Of a DNA stretch of 35,867 nucleotides, positions 35,101 through 35,867 are shown one piece after another (positions within the stretch are counted from its first letter, which is position 1; each line of letters starts with the position of its first letter). Origin of the DNA: a virus (lineage: Duplodnaviria; Caudoviricetes); IMG/VR virus record IMGVR_UViG_3300032257_000065, positions 1 through 35,867 of that record. One strand, 5' to 3'. A model generated the notes under the pieces. The model ran no database searches. It saw only the letters and a program-made list of their open reading frames with translations, and had not been told where the DNA came from. The position numbers were made by a program, and so were the translations under genes.

Positions 35101-35560
35101 TTATAACTCCTAAGATAAAAAGATCTGTGTAAGGAACGTATCCATTCTCATATCGGATAAATTCCCGAATGAGTAATGTAATATGATGGCGGTTATGTAC
35201 GCTAAAAGAACCAACCCCAGCCCTAGTAAGATTCCGTGTGATATTCCTTTTAAGCTTTTCAGTATTGTTTTCATTAGGTGGACTCCATCTAGATATAATA
35301 CCATCTAGTGTGGTTAATTTATGCTTGAGTATATAACTATCTAGGTTCTTAACTATAGCCCTTATCCCCTTCTCAGGGGACTCAAAGCATTCAAAACGTA
35401 CATCCTGACAGGGAACTTCTCCCTGCCATTGAATGTTTGTCTTAGTTATATTACCGGGATTGTTATTACGTATACCCCTAGATATCAACGACTTCGCAGA
35501 CACCAGCGGAGCAAGCAAGGTCATGCTTAATAGTAGCATTGTCGCTAGTCTCATAGTCAC
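34679..35560 (-). CDS. putative endolysin / lysozyme-like protein with N-terminal signal peptide and overprinted C-terminal extension
   Basis: RGIRNNNPGNI, F..FESPE.GIRA, II.RWSPP.ENNT, I.YENG motifs; hydrophobic leader ending VSA; GGGAG RBS before GTG. Confidence 0.75.
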   Translation of the reverse strand: MTMRLATMLLLSMTLLAPLVSAKSLISRGIRNNNPGNITKTNIQWQGEVPCQDVRFECFESPEKGIRAIVKNLDSYILKHKLTTLDGIISRWSPPNENNTEKLKRNITRNLTRAGVGSFSVHNRHHITLLIREFIRYENGYVPYTDLFILGVINDTSRITNNGGEYSTRWDNEYLVSVNRVEETDSPSSIRCNEGERETTTASSKGQKLTVHTKSYSDLIRTSYHRLTETSRFMGHTCNLWLDRVAEWVLILYGRKGYSPMASDADRGNTPDTSGHTPRKCYYRPLLWWKPCF

Positions 35561-35867
35561 GTAGTTTCTCCCAATCTAGTTCAGGCATCCTATCTTTCAA
35601 TGCCATATATTCCTCCTCTGTACAGTCCTGATAAGGGGCTTGTGCATATACATGATCAGTGTGTGGTAAGAATGAGATACCAGAACACATATCAAAGTTC
35701 TCCTGTACCCATGCGCCTACTGCCATGAACTCATCATCTTTATAGGTAATAGTTACGGATGGTTTATGCTCACACCAGTTCTCCGCATACACTTTCCATA
35801 ATTCTAATTGTTCTATAGCTGTCATATCATGACGTGTTATACTTCCTTCTGGTGCTGCTATAGGGAA
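35478..35867 (-). CDS. nrdJ: class II (B12-dependent) ribonucleotide reductase, C-terminal part
   Basis: Frame open to the window edge; WCEHKPSVT, SGISFLP, YAQAPYQ, terminal redox pair LACSAGVCE. Confidence 0.9.
   Translation of the reverse strand, partial: FPIAAPEGSITRHDMTAIEQLELWKVYAENWCEHKPSVTITYKDDEFMAVGAWVQENFDMCSGISFLPHTDHVYAQAPYQDCTEEEYMALKDRMPELDWEKLRDYETSDNATIKHDLACSAGVCEVVDI

Noticed and set aside
34603-35304. ORFs 34603-34812 (+) and 35110-35304 (-) as spanin genes
   Set aside because: No lipobox or convincing RBS seen; both overlap better-supported genes.

Overview
About 36 kb of a lytic podovirus genome whose gene set resembles SIO1/VpV262/RIO-1-, LUZ24/PaP3- and phiEco32-type phages; the regulatory motifs suggest a proteobacterial, probably gammaproteobacterial, host. 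Two divergent blocks flank a 1.4-kb non-coding region (about 12590-13945). The leftward block holds small early genes, a gamma-glutamyl/amidoligase cluster (C26 amidotransferase, COOH-NH2 ligase type 2, amidoligase, class II GATase, ATP-grasp, gamma-glutamylcyclotransferase), a T7-type primase-helicase and the start of a family A DNA polymerase. The rightward block holds terminases, portal, scaffold, capsid, tail, ejection and fibre genes. At the right end a convergent minus-strand block encodes the C-terminus of a class II ribonucleotide reductase, a signal-peptide muralytic enzyme and a holin-like gene. No RNA polymerase, integrase, tRNA or CRISPR is visible. The most striking unexplained structure is the non-coding region: a dense panel of host-regulator sites with five sigma54 (-24/-12) boxes, three IHF sites, two clusters of phased TGT(A/C)CA repeats, two Fur boxes and an RpoE/AlgU-type promoter, whose twin points antisense into the early genes. 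Also notable are a 422-nt out-of-frame overlap of the endolysin-like ORF with the holin-like gene and a tail fibre with seven HxH motifs. All calls come from reading the sequence and recalled motifs; no database searches were run.
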